Made by a program: the position numbers and the translations under genes. Shown here piece after piece: positions 1-14,000 of a stretch of 64,000 bases of DNA (the stretch's first letter is position 1; each line of letters opens with the position of its first letter). The notes below the pieces were generated by a model. That model had not been told where the DNA came from. It did no database searches and saw only the letters and a program-made list of their open reading frames with translations. Origin of the DNA: Owenia fusiformis (Eukaryota). The stretch lies in contig CAIIXF020000001.1 in NCBI GenBank assembly GCA_903813345.2, forward strand, positions 4,960,001 through 5,024,000. Direction: 5' to 3'.

Positions 1-444
1 CCATCTTGAAATTAAATTTAGGGTTTTTTTATTTCTAAATCATGGGCCTAATTTACGACTAATTATCATTATAATCATCCTATATGTTAACTATCAACCA
101 ATAATCTACTTCAGAACAAAAACGTTTTAATTTACCACTTACTATCACCCTCAAACATTTCATATCTTAATTATCAACTAAAAATCATAAATCAGCATTA
201 TTGTAACTTAATTTACGTTGAACTTGCTACTGATAATTAGGCCATAATTATAATTGATTTAATTAACGCTTAACTTTAATTCCAATTGCCAGCAGAATTG
301 TTGATAATTAGTTGTAAATTAGTTGGTAATAAGTTGGTAATTAGTCTTATTTTTCAATTTGGCAGGAATACGTTAAAAATGTTTAAAAAGTCCCCTAGTG
401 TACTGTGTTGGTAATGCGTGATGTATTTACACTCGAAGATAGAG

Positions 445-656
445 CCAGAAACCCCTCCTTGGAGGAGCCCTATATATGTTCTTTTGTGTGCAAACACAGA
501 CATACAGGTACACACCACAGCCTTTTATACGAGTCGCGAACCACTCAGTCCAACACCCAGAATTACATAACGCACAAAAAAACTTGTCCGAACGGGAAAC
601 GAACCCGAGGCCAAGCGATATTGGTAACCTTGGCTCCGTCACTGAGCCATAGCGGG
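445..656 (-). mobile_element. tRNA-derived SINE-like element (tRNA-like head ~583..656)
   Basis: The minus strand shows an A-box-like TGGCTCAGTGACGG and a B-box-like GGGTTCGTTTCCC at tRNA spacing, then a T7 run; there is no clean cloverleaf and the 3' boundary is uncertain. Confidence 0.5.
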
Positions 657-2530
657 TTGACTATGTTCACCAACAATAATTATATGCAATATCAAGGAAT
701 TATATGCAGGAGAAGTATCATTTTTTGAAAATAATCGAAAAAGAATCATGCAGATAATTAAATCTTTTTTCATATCACTTCGTTAGAACTGTTTCACACT
801 CACATATGAATGTTTCTAACATTAGACATCTAATCATGGGCATCTGAAACATCAGTAATACACCAAGTACACTAACTTTCGTTTACTATCAATTCTATCT
901 CAGTTGTATTAAAGGACATCGAGACTGTACGTGATCATTCTAAAGCTCTGGGGCACTCAATATCGAGAGTAAGAGTAAACACTCTTTCATCTACCAACAA
1001 TGATGCCATGGTTGTACATTGATGCCACTGTGCATAGCAAATGAGCAAATATCAATATCTGCTGAGTTATATATTTTCCTTGGATTTGAAAACCAAGTGC
1101 GGACTTGCATGGCTTCATTCAAGATTCGCTAAACGACAAAATCCTGATAAATCAATGTATACACTGGAAGAAAATATCATAAGAAGTCAATGCAAATGTG
1201 ATTATACACTCCCCGCCATAAGTGTGGCAACCTTTACAGCCAAAGGTTTCCGTGTGAAAGCCCCTCTATGTCTGTATTTTTATTTTTGTAACCTACAAAG
1301 AAAAAAATGATAATGAACGCGGAGGTGTAATTTGACTTTATTTCCCATACCTCCAGTTTTTCAATTTTTTCCTCAATAACAATAGGTCGAAAATTAAAGA
1401 CAAAGGAATGGTATCGATATGGTGAACATTTTGGCACGCGTTTCTCTTAAACCAGTCATCAAAACATTCTGAAACTTTTACATATCGTCAATTTAATGAT
1501 CATCATTTGGATGGTAACATTAACATTTAAAATACATATACAGGGTGTCCCGAAAGTATGGGGGCCCCCCTAGGCAGACATATACCAATGTCTCCATAGT
1601 ATTTGTCATATATCATTTTAAAGCTCATTTAGAGTTACATTGATTTGCCAAATATCATGGTTCAACTCACAAATGGGAAAAAGTTACAGGTATTTCAAAA
1701 TTTAGGGTTAAGCCAAAATTAAAGAAAGTTTTACAACAAAATAATAGTCGATTTGTCTCCCTAGGCCATGTTTACAGTAGCAATGCTTTCCATATATTTT
1801 TTTGACCCCCACCGAAATTTTGGTATTATTGGAAAGCCCCAATACCATACTTTAGGAATTCAAGGAAAAATAAAATGTTCACTCGGGCCGTTGCTATGGA
1901 AACGGGCGTTATAAATAACAACCATTTTTAACAAGCATTATTAAGCAAAAACATGTATTTGCATGTATCTTTTTTATTATTCATCAGATAATTTTGATAT
2001 GGGGAATATCAAGTTAGAGAATGTATACTGTAGGTCAAGTTAAACAATAAATCTTCCGTTTGGATTTTTTAAAGAAGCCACAGACATTTAAAGCTAGTCA
2101 TTCACTTTTGTTACATTGATTGATGATCCACGTCCAAGCAAAAGTGTTCAAGTTTGTTTTAACCATTACTTTTCCCTATATATGAATAATTCAAGCCACG
2201 TAGTCAGGGTGTTTGGGGGTCGAAAGGATGCCGTTTTATTGTGTTTTACAATTTGGAAAAGAGTCTGACACGTTCTCTCCTCTAAAATGTAGTTGACCCT
2301 CCACAGTGGACAAAAATCTTAACATTATTTTTTAAAAACAACTTATATATACATGTGTGTATGCTGTTTATACATATAGGTTACCAGAAAGATGGCAGTG
2401 GTTATTCAGAGAAGTTATAACCGATAGACCCCTACTGACATCTTTCTGTCGAATAAGAGTTTATATGCTTTAGTTTATATGATTTAGTTTTGTATCTATA
2501 AAACAACATCATACATTATATGGTAACTAT

Positions 2531-3027
2531 CATTGGCGTCGGAGGGGTAGGGCGTTGGGGGCGCCCCCCCCCCCTTTCCCAGATTTTTTAGATTTGAAAC
2601 CTCTGTCGATTGATAGTTATTTTTGTTCAACATCAAAACAAAAAACTCCCCTATGGACTCCTGGTTTAAAAGCTCGCCTATTTTCAAGACGGTCGCCATT
2701 TTTGTCTCACGAAATTCACTTTTGGACCATTTGCTAGGTTTACAAATAATTTCAGGTGTCCTGCAGAAAATTATGTCCGTTTTTTTAATTTTCTGCCATT
2801 TTAGCCATCATTCACGTTTGAGCAACACCATGTGAGCCCAGTACCCACGGTACTATTTTTTTTATCATTGGGGATGTTGTGCTGAGATATGTTCAGAATG
2901 CACCAAAGAGGGTCTAAATTTGAAAATTTTCTAGGGACATGCCCCCCCCCCTGATCCACGCTTCACGCACGTCCCATTCATATCCAAAAGTCGCTGCCCC
3001 CTCCCTTGGCAAATCCTGACGCCCCTG
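2531..3027. mobile_element. Small non-autonomous DNA transposon (MITE) with GC-rich ends
   Basis: Ends CATTGGCGTC / GACGCCCCTG (imperfect TIR), G/C homopolymer subterminal tracts, flanked by direct repeat ACTAT (2526-2530, 3028-3032). Confidence 0.55.
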
Positions 3028-5242
3028 ACTATGATACTAATATGGTTCTATATCTTTCTAATATTTAAGCATACAAAGTAAAATACCTTTATTTACGAGC
3101 TCCTGATTTTCACCATTGTTGTAATAACCTGTTTAATCTTTGGTTGAACCATCAATAGGCTATACATGAGGGAAATGGACTGATCTGCTATGGTGGTGGT
3201 TGCATGATTTGCAGACCAAATAATTTGACCTAAAAGTTTGTTGAAAACTAGTTCTTTTCTAATTTTTTTTCATTTTCTGTGAGTTCAGATCAAACAGACA
3301 GGTGGTCATTTGCCGCCAAATTCAAAACTAATGAAAAAATAGTATCCGACGGATACAAACAAACCGAACACTATCGAAAATGAAAACCAAATTATGTTTT
3401 TCTAAAAATATGGAAACAATGACGTTCACTTTCACGTTCACAAAAAAGGAACATTTTGCAAAGTTGCAAGCTTTATACTAGAAAATATGAAATAAGACAA
3501 CATATCCAATTTAACACCCATTTCAAACTCGATCTTTCTTAGCCAGACACCCCAGCAACGACTTAGCAACGATGTCACACATGAACCAATCATTTATGAG
3601 AACAATCGCAATATGTCTTAATAATATGAGAAATGATTAAATGTGTTGTGAAAATATCTGTATTTGCAAATTGTCATTTTTAAGCTGATAAGTTATATTT
3701 ATACTGTACTACTATTATATTATCACAAATACACAGCGTTTATCAGCCTTGGCATAATTTTTTTATTTGATCTGTCAATGTTGAAATATGATAGAAGTAA
3801 TTTTGAAGCAAGTCATTAGGTGTGAGCCTATGTTGAGAATAATTCTTTTTAAATAAGTGTCACAACTGCACTGACAATTTCTTTCGCTCATAACATTTGG
3901 ACATTTCTGCACATCAAATGTTTATATTTGATAAGAAATATCAATATCAGCCGCTGGCATTTGTTTTAAATAATTGGTTCCAACATTAAACCCGCTCTAT
4001 TCATTGCTGTTACTTTAAAGATTGGCATTGATGCAGAGAAAATATGAAAATATATCTCCATCAAAGTGCATAGCTGACAAAACACAATTAAGCATATTGC
4101 TTGATGGTATCATTCTCTAGGAAAAAACATGTAGCAATAATCTTTAAAACATCAAGAAATCATCCCGAGACCATTCATTTGATTAAGTCGCGAAGCTAAG
4201 TAATCATTTCCATAAGACTTCAGTCCTAAATATCGGATTCACATGAGTGGATTTTATTCTTACGATGTCTAGAAAGCTAGAAGAGGCTCAAATGAATCAG
4301 GCAGAAGTTGCGTAGATTAATTACTATCTTAGTCAAGGGCGAATCTAATGTCGTTTTGAGAACTAGTTTGGTTCGACTGGGGGTTAGATTACCGTTTTTT
4401 TTTCAGGTATTCTTCAATAACAGTTTATACATTCATAATATATTCGCCCAATTGGGCCATGATAAGAGAGTGTTTCAAAGCTGCAGCAGTTATCTATGGC
4501 CAGCTATATAATAAATATACACTGTTGAAACTGTTATTATTGTAATTAGGTCATCCAAGTACAAAACGAATTAAGTCAAGTAATTAACGTTCGCTGTTAT
4601 CGTTAACAAAGTAAATGTAAGCGGGGATTGGGAAATATAAAGCGATAATGTAAACATTCACGCCGTCGTTAATGAGGGATTTAGAAACACGAGGTCAGTA
4701 TCTCCACGAGAAAATGAATGGCCAGGCTTGATAATGTCAACATTCTACAAACATCGTTGGTCTGTAGGAAGAGAGTATCTTTTCGTCATGGAAACCAATT
4801 TTTCTTAAGTATTATAGGTCCATTGAACTTCTACATGTTATTTTAGTCTATCGAGCGCATTTTCCGGGGAAATAAAGTCCTTGCAATTGGCTGGTATGAA
4901 TGGTCCTGTACTGGGAATTCGGGTAAAAATGGACCAGATTTTCTTTATAGGAATTGCAGAAACGGTAGGGAGAACTGAGGAAATATACAGTATATATGTA
5001 TTTAGGTATTAAAAAGATTTAGTAAGCGATGTCACATTGTGTTATGATGACAAAATTCAAAATGACAACCCCTTGTAGAATCCTAACCCCGGGAGTACAA
5101 GTGACATTTATATTTAACTTGGCATACATATGAGGTGTAAAATCATATAGACTAATAGTTTAAATGTTTAAAAGGATGCGTTTGTTGTTATTCTTACACA
5201 TTTTTAAATGCATATAGCGCAACACCAGGCATGCTGTTAAAC

Positions 5243-6231
5243 GGTTTCTAGACAACTCATCCCAAGACAACTCATCCCAAGACAACTCATCCCTAAGACA
5301 ACTCATCCCAAGACAAGTCATCCCTAAGACAAGTCATCCCAAGACAACTCATCCCAAGACATCTCATCCCAAGACAACTCATCCCACTAATATAATCTAC
5401 AAAAAATATCAATTAGTTATAAATGATTTAATTTGTCCTCTATATAATATATATATCCCTTTTTCATTTTTGCGATTACAAAGTGATATTTGATTATACA
5501 CTCAATCTTAATATTGATAATTTTTAGGATTTTGAAATGGCACTTGAAAGTTATGTTCTACTTTTACGTACCGGTATGTTTTATTAATTCTGGGTTATTC
5601 TCAAATTCTCAATATATTTGAGAATATAGAATTGAAGATAAAAGTAAAAGACATAATTTCCAAATTCAATCATGATGATTCTGAAAGTTTAAAATTTGAA
5701 ATCTTATTGAAGAATAAGCCAAATATGACATATTGGAATTAAGCAAAATATGTTAAAACAAAGACTGGATTAATCTGGGAGAATTATTCTGATAATACCC
5801 CCCGGATAATACATTCTTATTGCATTAAGCCTAATCTGACACCCTTGATGATCTTTTATATAATACTCAAAGTATATATCAATTTGAACATGTTTATCTT
5901 TATCCCAATCAATCAAAAGAAAATTAACTGAAACTAGAGTAAACTAACTACAAAATACAAAAGATATTCCATGGCCAAACACAGTGTGCTTACTGCTAAA
6001 ATCTCTAAATATGTTTCAAATATTCTTTCAAAAGTTAAATTTAATTGTATAAAATTATGTTATATTTCAAGTTGGGAAGAGTTGTCTTGGGGATGAGTTG
6101 TCTTGGGATGAGATGTCTTGGGATGAGATGTCTTGGGATGAGATGTCTTGGGATGAGTTGTCTTGGGATGAGATGTCTTGGGGATGAGTTGTCTTGGGAT
6201 GAGTTGTCTTAGGGATGAGTTGTCCTGTTTC
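5243..6231. mobile_element. Foldback-type non-autonomous element (Mutator/Phantom-like) with tandem-repeat inverted arms
   Basis: About 9 copies of the 15-16-bp AGACAACTCATCCCA unit at 5250-5387 and about 10 inverted copies at 6075-6224; flanking direct repeat CTGTTAAAC at 5234-5242 and 6232-6240. Confidence 0.85.
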
Positions 6232-7502
6232 CTGTTAAACCAGTGTTTTCTTCTAGTCATATTCGTATGCAACATCTATATATATATATATATCAAGGTG
6301 ACCACGAGGCGCGCCCCATAAAATTAGTCCAAATATATGAGCGCCAATCGTGATGTATGTTTAGCCTAGTTCGATTCATTGAGTTATACCCAGCTGGTGA
6401 TGGTAGTCTATGGCTTTTTAATGAATCTTTTGTTGCATTTCTCCACATGATATGAGACGAAAACATAAAGTTAAAAAGTGTCGTTGTTTGTTGAAAGCCA
6501 TTTAAAAAAGTCGTCGATGAACTATGGTTTTTATCTCCTTAAAATTAACTTTAAAGTTCCAAACTTTCCAAAGTGTTCAAAGACGAAACTCGTCGTTCAG
6601 TTTTGGAGATAACACATCCTCACTGGCGGATTAGTGGGCATCCTTGGGGCTTGTTTTTTAATTTTAGGCCAAATCATCAAGAAATGGGCCTTAAATTTTG
6701 GGCCAGGTTTGTTGCATGCAGCAAAGTCTCATAAACTTTTATACTCAACAGTGGCTCAAATAATATAAATACCATAATCCAGAGTTTGTATTGAAAAGAA
6801 AATCAGCACTTTGATTGAATAACTTGAAAGTAACATGCCCTTCATTGGTTAACTAGCTATTTTAATTTAAAGATGAAGATCATTCTAGTTGCATATGATC
6901 TGACACTTGGGGTATAGTGTAATCCTATGGGTGTCAAATCCATTAGGTAGATGAAGCCCTCTTTTAAAGGAGCAAATTCAAATTATTCGAAAGAGTAGGC
7001 TATCTAGCTAGAGTTAAGGCGACTGATCGATGTGGTAATTGAAAGACTACAATAGCATAACATACATTTCTCGCACCTCATTCATCAACAACAACAATAA
7101 TGGTCTACTTTAGTACTAAATATATCCAATACTTTTATATCAGAGTGTTATAATTAATGTTGTGCTATCGTTTCACAAGATAGATAACATGCGATGTTGT
7201 TGTAGTTTTCATTTGGTACAAATCAGTGCCACCAGATAGCGTGGGGGTAGTTGTTTAATATCAGGACCGAGCACAGTGTGCTAATACCATCACAACACAG
7301 CAAGTAATTGGATACAGCGGCTCTGCAGTTAGAGTGAACAACCCAAAACTAGTGAGATATAGCCTTTCTTGAAGGTGCAGCGGGCCGTTGCACGAAAGGT
7401 TAATCTGAAACACAACCAGCTATTTAGTTAAACAGCTTTTTCAGACCAACATCAGTCTTAGTCACACATTCTAAGGATTTATCTGTGAGGTGTACGGAAA
7501 AC

Positions 7503-8002
7503 ATGAAAAGCGATATGGATGACCAGAGTGGCGAGCACACTGCTCTGCAACAGCCTGCTGTAATGCACCGAACAAAGAGACAAAGATGCTTGGCAATGGT
7601 GAAAAGCAACTTGCTCCTAATTCTTCTTTTATCAGGAATGGCTTTAGGTATAATTTTGGGGGTATGTATGAGAGAAGTAAGGCCAAAATTTACCCGGGAT
7701 CAAATACGATATTTCCGACTACCAGGAGACCTGTTGCTCAGAATGCTCAAGATGTTAATTCTTCCCCTGATCGTGTCTAGTCTGGTGACGGGCCTCGCTG
7801 CCCTGGACGCAAAGTCCTCTGGAAAAATGGGTCTGAGGGCTGTGGTCTACTACATGGCCACGACACTCATTGCTGTCATCATCGGCATCATTCTTGTTGT
7901 ATCCATACGCCCAGGAAAACTCGACGTGAGTGGGACAAACCAGACCGTCGTGTCCAAACCCAGCGAGATCAGTGCTGCAGATACGGCTATAGATCTTATT
8001 TT
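7503..8002 (+). CDS. SLC1A: SLC1A coding exon 1 (N-terminus, TM1-TM3)
   Basis: ATG 7503; donor TT|GTAAGT at 8003, phase 2. Confidence 0.93.
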
Positions 8003-11000
8003 GTAAGTTGTATATTATACCTAACCTATATTCACTGTCCCTTTCCATTCATTATAATGCCATTCATTTAGAAGCTTAGAGAGTTAGCTTGTAATCTGAT
8101 CAGATTTGCGCCTAGTGACATGCAACCGTTAGTTTGTAACAGGGATCAACTGAGACGTTACTCTTTACATTGCTGGTGGTCTTAATTAACGCCAGGCTTC
8201 ATATATCTGGTTGTGAACTATAAATGTCCAACTATACATAGTCAAGTATGTCAGGTCGACCCTAAAACATTATCATACTACAACTCAATTCTATTCAATG
8301 AAACGAATTGTAAATAATGTAACTTCAACTTATTTGTGTTAACATGCGAGCATTATTTTTTAACAAGTTAGATCCTAGAACAAACACACTTTTGTAAACT
8401 GTTTTTGCGATGTAGAAATTATGAATGTGTGCTTTAAGGGATGTCGTATTCAAGTATGATAGGATACCTCCAAACATAGTCGTTAAAACTTAAATCGGAT
8501 CAATGAATATAACGGTTCTAAATAAAGGATACGAGTTTGAGTTTATGAATGTACCACCATCCTCTATATTGATTTTAATAACACAAGAGAATGCATATGA
8601 AATAGAAATACTTCTACATGGTGCCAACGCAAGGTCACGTTTAGTGATGTTCTTTTTAGGGGTATGATGAACGACTATGTTTAATGATTCCGACGTATGC
8701 CAAGTTCGTCAGAAAATTCCTAGGTGTCGGGTTTGAGTTATATTCCACATCTGAGTAAATACACACATTTGCATTTGAGTACTTACTTAACGTTTCTTTT
8801 TTCAGCAAAATGTTTCCTGATAATCTAATAGAGGCTACATTTAGACAAGTAAGTATAATGTTTTTGGACTATAATCGCACCAAATGGTAGCATGCTAAGA
8901 GCCTTTACTATTTATGGCAGTTCAGTGACATTCTAGGATAAGCCCAAGTACAACAGATTAGACCGCCAAATAAATTTATATGAGAGATTATGTTGTAACA
9001 GGTCTTTATAAATGTCTTAACTTTCCGCTAAACGACACCTCCTTTCGATTATTTGTAAACTCCATTGTATCATTGACCCCTTTAAACCAAACTGGTTTCA
9101 CTTTCAAGTTCTTTATAATTATCATTTAGATGTATCAAGTGTTTGTAACTCAATTTAAAAACTCAACAGTCAATAGTAATGATTATTGACCGACTGTCAA
9201 TTTTGACCGTGTAATGCATTTGAGATTCCCCTTGTATAGCATCATCATTTATAAGTGGGGAACGTGTCACGGACTGCGAGAATGATGAATCTTGAATTTC
9301 TTTTACCAATTATGCATACTATTTTATTATGCTTAAAATGTTAAAAAACATTTATAGACCTCTCCATTTTCATCGGTTACTACTGGACATTACAACTGCA
9401 AACCTATATAAGCTATATACCTGGAGTAATAAGGTTATGAATAATTTTAACAATCAACCTCGATGCATATGTCAGTGCTTATTGCCAAATGCTGGAGTCA
9501 TTTGAGAGTGTAGGGCGACATAATGACTTGAAAAGTGCACTGATTCATTAGAATTGAAAGGGTGTGAAAAGATACATATGTTTCTCTTAATTGTTTATAA
9601 AATGTAAAAGAACCCCCTTAACATGATTAATGCTTCTTGAGAAAGCGAGTTCAACAAATAGGAAGTACTACTAACAGAAACTAAATACATTAATGGCGAC
9701 ATCCGGTCTCAGGTTGTCTACTGTGACATATAATTTAAAAAAGGTGGCCATAGATGCCCCTCATTGAGGCTACAATTTTGCTCGTTGTTTTTCATCGTTT
9801 GTGTGTTTTGTAAAAAAACGCACTTAAGGTCCTCTTCGTACTGAAGTATATCTCAAGCGAACAAGTGTACATATGTTTCAAGTGTAAAAATTAAGTACAA
9901 GATAAACAGTTCATATGGACATACACACTTTTGGTGACATTTTTACTAATCATTAGCGCGATTAATGTTAATACTATTAACCCTCAGGCGAGGGCATGGT
10001 AAATCAAATAACCCAACGTCAAATTATGTGATCCAGGGTGCAACACGTACATGTGCATCAGTACAGCATGGACGTGCAAGTGGTGCCATTGGAATCAATG
10101 TCACAATTATCAAGTGGAAACTGTCAAACATCATTGTGTGATCCACAGCCTGTATTATCCTTTGGAAATACACAGGCTTTATGTTAAGAGGGGCTCTCAT
10201 AAATCAGAACGGTCAGACATGTATTTTCGGCAAATGTGTTAAAATAGCCAAAATCATTTTATGTACAGATGTATATCATCGTCATGATACATAATTAAGA
10301 TTATCAATTATCTTATTTTTGTAAGTTACATGCGTTGAGCTTATAGAAGTAGTATCCAACTATGTATGGTGTATTATTAACACGAGAAGCATTACATGTG
10401 TGGTATTTTCAATATTGAAGGTCAAATGTCAGTTTAAAGGTCAAATCACAAGTTTCTTGACGTTTCTCAAGGGCTGACGCTTCCACTTCAATATTCTGAA
10501 ATTTTGTATGCAGGAATACTTATTAGCAGTGTTCTATTAGTTCTGGTCTTTTGCAGTGTTGTCAAGATCGTTGAGAGATACTAGAGAAAAAATATCAATT
10601 TTAGTGACCTTGTAAACCAGTCAATTTTTGGAAATGATGATTTGATTCAAATATAGCTCGTATGGGTCACAAAAGGGCCAAAGACGTTGTCAGACTTATT
10701 TTGATGTTGAAATCTACAACTTGATATTTTTATCTGCGATTATACAGAGTGAACCAAAAAGGTAACCCAAACCCAAACAAATGTTAATAACTCAGTCATT
10801 TGGAACGTTCTTTTATTCTACGTAGTTTCATTGATCTAATCCACAAGTTGGTCACGATTGGTCAAATACAAAACATACCCAAAATCTGGGTCTCGTCACT
10901 GGAGGCAAATTTAAATGCATCGAGTGAAGTTATTCTGATTCTCATGTTCCTTCTCATCTCTTGTTTCAACTCTCTGATGCTTCTAGGGTTATTAGTGTAG

Positions 11001-14000
11001 ACATTATCTTTGAAATAACCCCTAAAGATAAACTCCGGGGATTCATATAGGGTGAATCGGACTTAAAGGAAGTCAAACAAAGGTTCACTTACAAGTGCCG
11101 AATGTGACTTCAAACCCATGCTGGATCACGGAGTTATTTTCATTTGTTAGGTTACCTTTTTTGGCTCACCTTGTATTGCAGAGATAAAAAGCCTATAAAA
11201 TCAATCCAACCATCGGAGTTAATAAATTATATTATACTGAATGATTTCCACTAAACAATAAATCTATGTATACTTTATTAGTAATTTTTAATAAAACAAA
11301 ACGTGCAAAATTACCATAGCGAGCATTTCCTACACTTCATATCCAAATCCATATTAATATCCCTTCTTCCTTTACTACAGAGCGAAAAGCATAAAATTGA
11401 CTGATTAAATGCAACATATATCTCATTCTTATTTCGGGATGTCATGTCACTTTTAGAAGTAATATTCTCGCCCTTCGACCATCGGAATTTCACTCGTGAG
11501 GAGAGAGATGCGCGGGTATTATCCTCAATGGAACTAAATATGTTTAATATTGACTATTAAAGCACATTCGATAATCAGTAGGCAGTAATGACTTGGAACT
11601 TTATTACTTGAAACCAGAAACTAAAAAAATAATTATCAGGAAGCAATGTTTATTTCTCGGCGTTAAGACTATGAGGTGACAATTGATGAAAAATAGATGG
11701 TTTCTTACTACAACTAATTATTGTAATTCCTAGCTGTTTGTCCTGTGTCTATTCATTAATTTATTATAATCTTCAACCATTTTGTATCAGTTTTAAGAAT
11801 AGATATATGAGTTCAAAAACTGAAAACGGTATTTTCCAAATTTTCAAGGTCAAAATTTAATCTTTATTAAAAAGTCGCCAGAAATTTCATTTACTTCATC
11901 TGTGATTCTTGAATGTTGATGTTTATATCTATAACAAACAAAATAGACAATGCAAAACATATTTAAAAAGAGATAAAATTCCACTGCAGCCATAGAGGAA
12001 TATAGGTCACTTTGCCATCTGGCCAAGCTCCAACCATAGGTTATAGCCTGAAAGAGTACGTTCTTCATTGAATCTAATTCCAATATTCAAGTGTTTAGAT
12101 ATTTCATTTCAGAAAGTAAAGAGCAAATACGTATGATCTAGTCCTTATTTTTGATGCCCCTGAAATCTGACAAGGTACTATCATCCTTCGATCCTTGTAG
12201 GTCCTTGGATTTAGGTCAAGTTAACCATGCACCTGTCGTCTAAAATAGAATGGCATTTGCTTGTTCTCATTGGTCAGAAAGAGATGTATAGAGTGAAACT
12301 GCCTAACATGTATAAGCAGTATTGTAATTATTAATCATCTACAACCCTTTTGTCTTATGATTTGTAAAGAATATCGAGGCATTGTAAATATGTTCTTACT
12401 GCAATACAAGCTATAAAACAATGACCCCTGTTACACAGGCCAGTTGAAATGCTTCGTTACGAAGCAATTTGACAAAAAGCTTCGTAACGAAGCAATTTTG
12501 GGCCAGTGTAACACCTCCGCCTTCGTTAGAAAAGCTTAGTTGATAACGAAGCAATAGAGTAGAAAATTGAACGAAGGTTAGGTCCCAACGAAGCTTTTTT
12601 GGCCAGTGTAACAGGTAGCTTCGTTAGAAAATGCTTAGTTGGCGGTTTGCGCATGCGCGTAATAAAGAGCACATTCATCATTTTGTATTAAATGAGAGGA
12701 ATTGCGAGTAAAGAACATGTTTTTAAGTACGTATTATTATAATGCTACGTTTTGATTAAAATAATTACCTATTTGCGTCACTGATTGACGCTAACTCAAG
12801 CCCCAAACGCCACGTACAAATGTGATTTACCGTCTTTCGTAGCATTTCATTCGATTCCCTGTCTTTCCTCGCATTGATATAACAAAAAGTATTAAATCTA
12901 AAAAACGCAGGTTTACCGTATATGTATACGGTAGTTTTGAAACGTTTATCTGATCTATTAGAGAATAAACTTAGAATATTTAAATGTCCCTCTTTCGGAA
13001 AACTCCGTCTCAAGTGTGGAAGGGTAAACTTTTGAAATTACATAAGATATGTTTACTAAATAGAAAGTTGTGGCATACATGTTTAATATTAATTTTTTCT
13101 TGCTTCCCGGTGAATCACATCGGGGAATTTAGCCTATTTGATTGATTCGAAAATGTCTCTCTTCAGAAATCGTATTCAACTGACTATCGCCCCATTGCAA
13201 TACTTTTTCTAGTCGTTCCATTATTTTATTCTTCGACGATTTTAAATTGTAATTGAATTTAAACGTCATATTTAAATATGAATTAATTACGTTTCAAAAC
13301 TTCCGTATACAAATACGGTAAAACCAGCTGCGGACAAGGAACGGTTGCCAAAATTGTTTCTTGTCGACAGATATTTGCCACAGAGAGGCTGCATGTTTTA
13401 GGCCAGCCCCAAACACTATTGATGTGTCGTAAGACGATGCTTACAACTGATATTCAAGTTTCTTCCTATTTGCGCCATTTTCGAATTTAACTGATGGATT
13501 AACATACTAATTTATGTCAAACTCACTCAAATATGCATGGAATATTGGCGAAACGGGTAATTTTCATATTAAAATGAATTGGTCGTGAAATAGTAGTTAA
13601 ACCACCAGCCGAACACCGAGATATTTTAGTAATGGCTACACTATTTGAAATATAACTGAGAAGTCCACTGGAAATTGAACGTTTTTATACGATATATACT
13701 AGTCCTCCGTATTTTGTATTCCATATGTTTTCCAAAGGAAATTATAGAAAATGAAAACAATACTTGTAATCGTATTGACAGCTGAAATATATAAAAATCG
13801 AAATGATAGGAAAAATGTATGAACATGTGTACTGAATGATCACATTCATCTGGTTTTATTTCCCGAGAATTTTGAACTAGTCTTTTTCTGTGTTGAATTG
13901 TTAAAATAAAGATTAAAAATTATATTTTTGAGTTTGATCAATGGTTTATATCAAAAGAATAAAGATATTAATCATAATAAATGGGTGGGGCAGATGAGTA

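Noticed and set aside
583..656. Functional tRNA gene
   Set aside because: A and B boxes are present, but the anticodon arm and acceptor stem do not form a canonical cloverleaf; treated as a SINE head.
6060..6275. 71-aa ORF with PKTSH/PKTTH repeats
   Set aside because: It is a translation of the 15-bp repeat arm of the foldback element.
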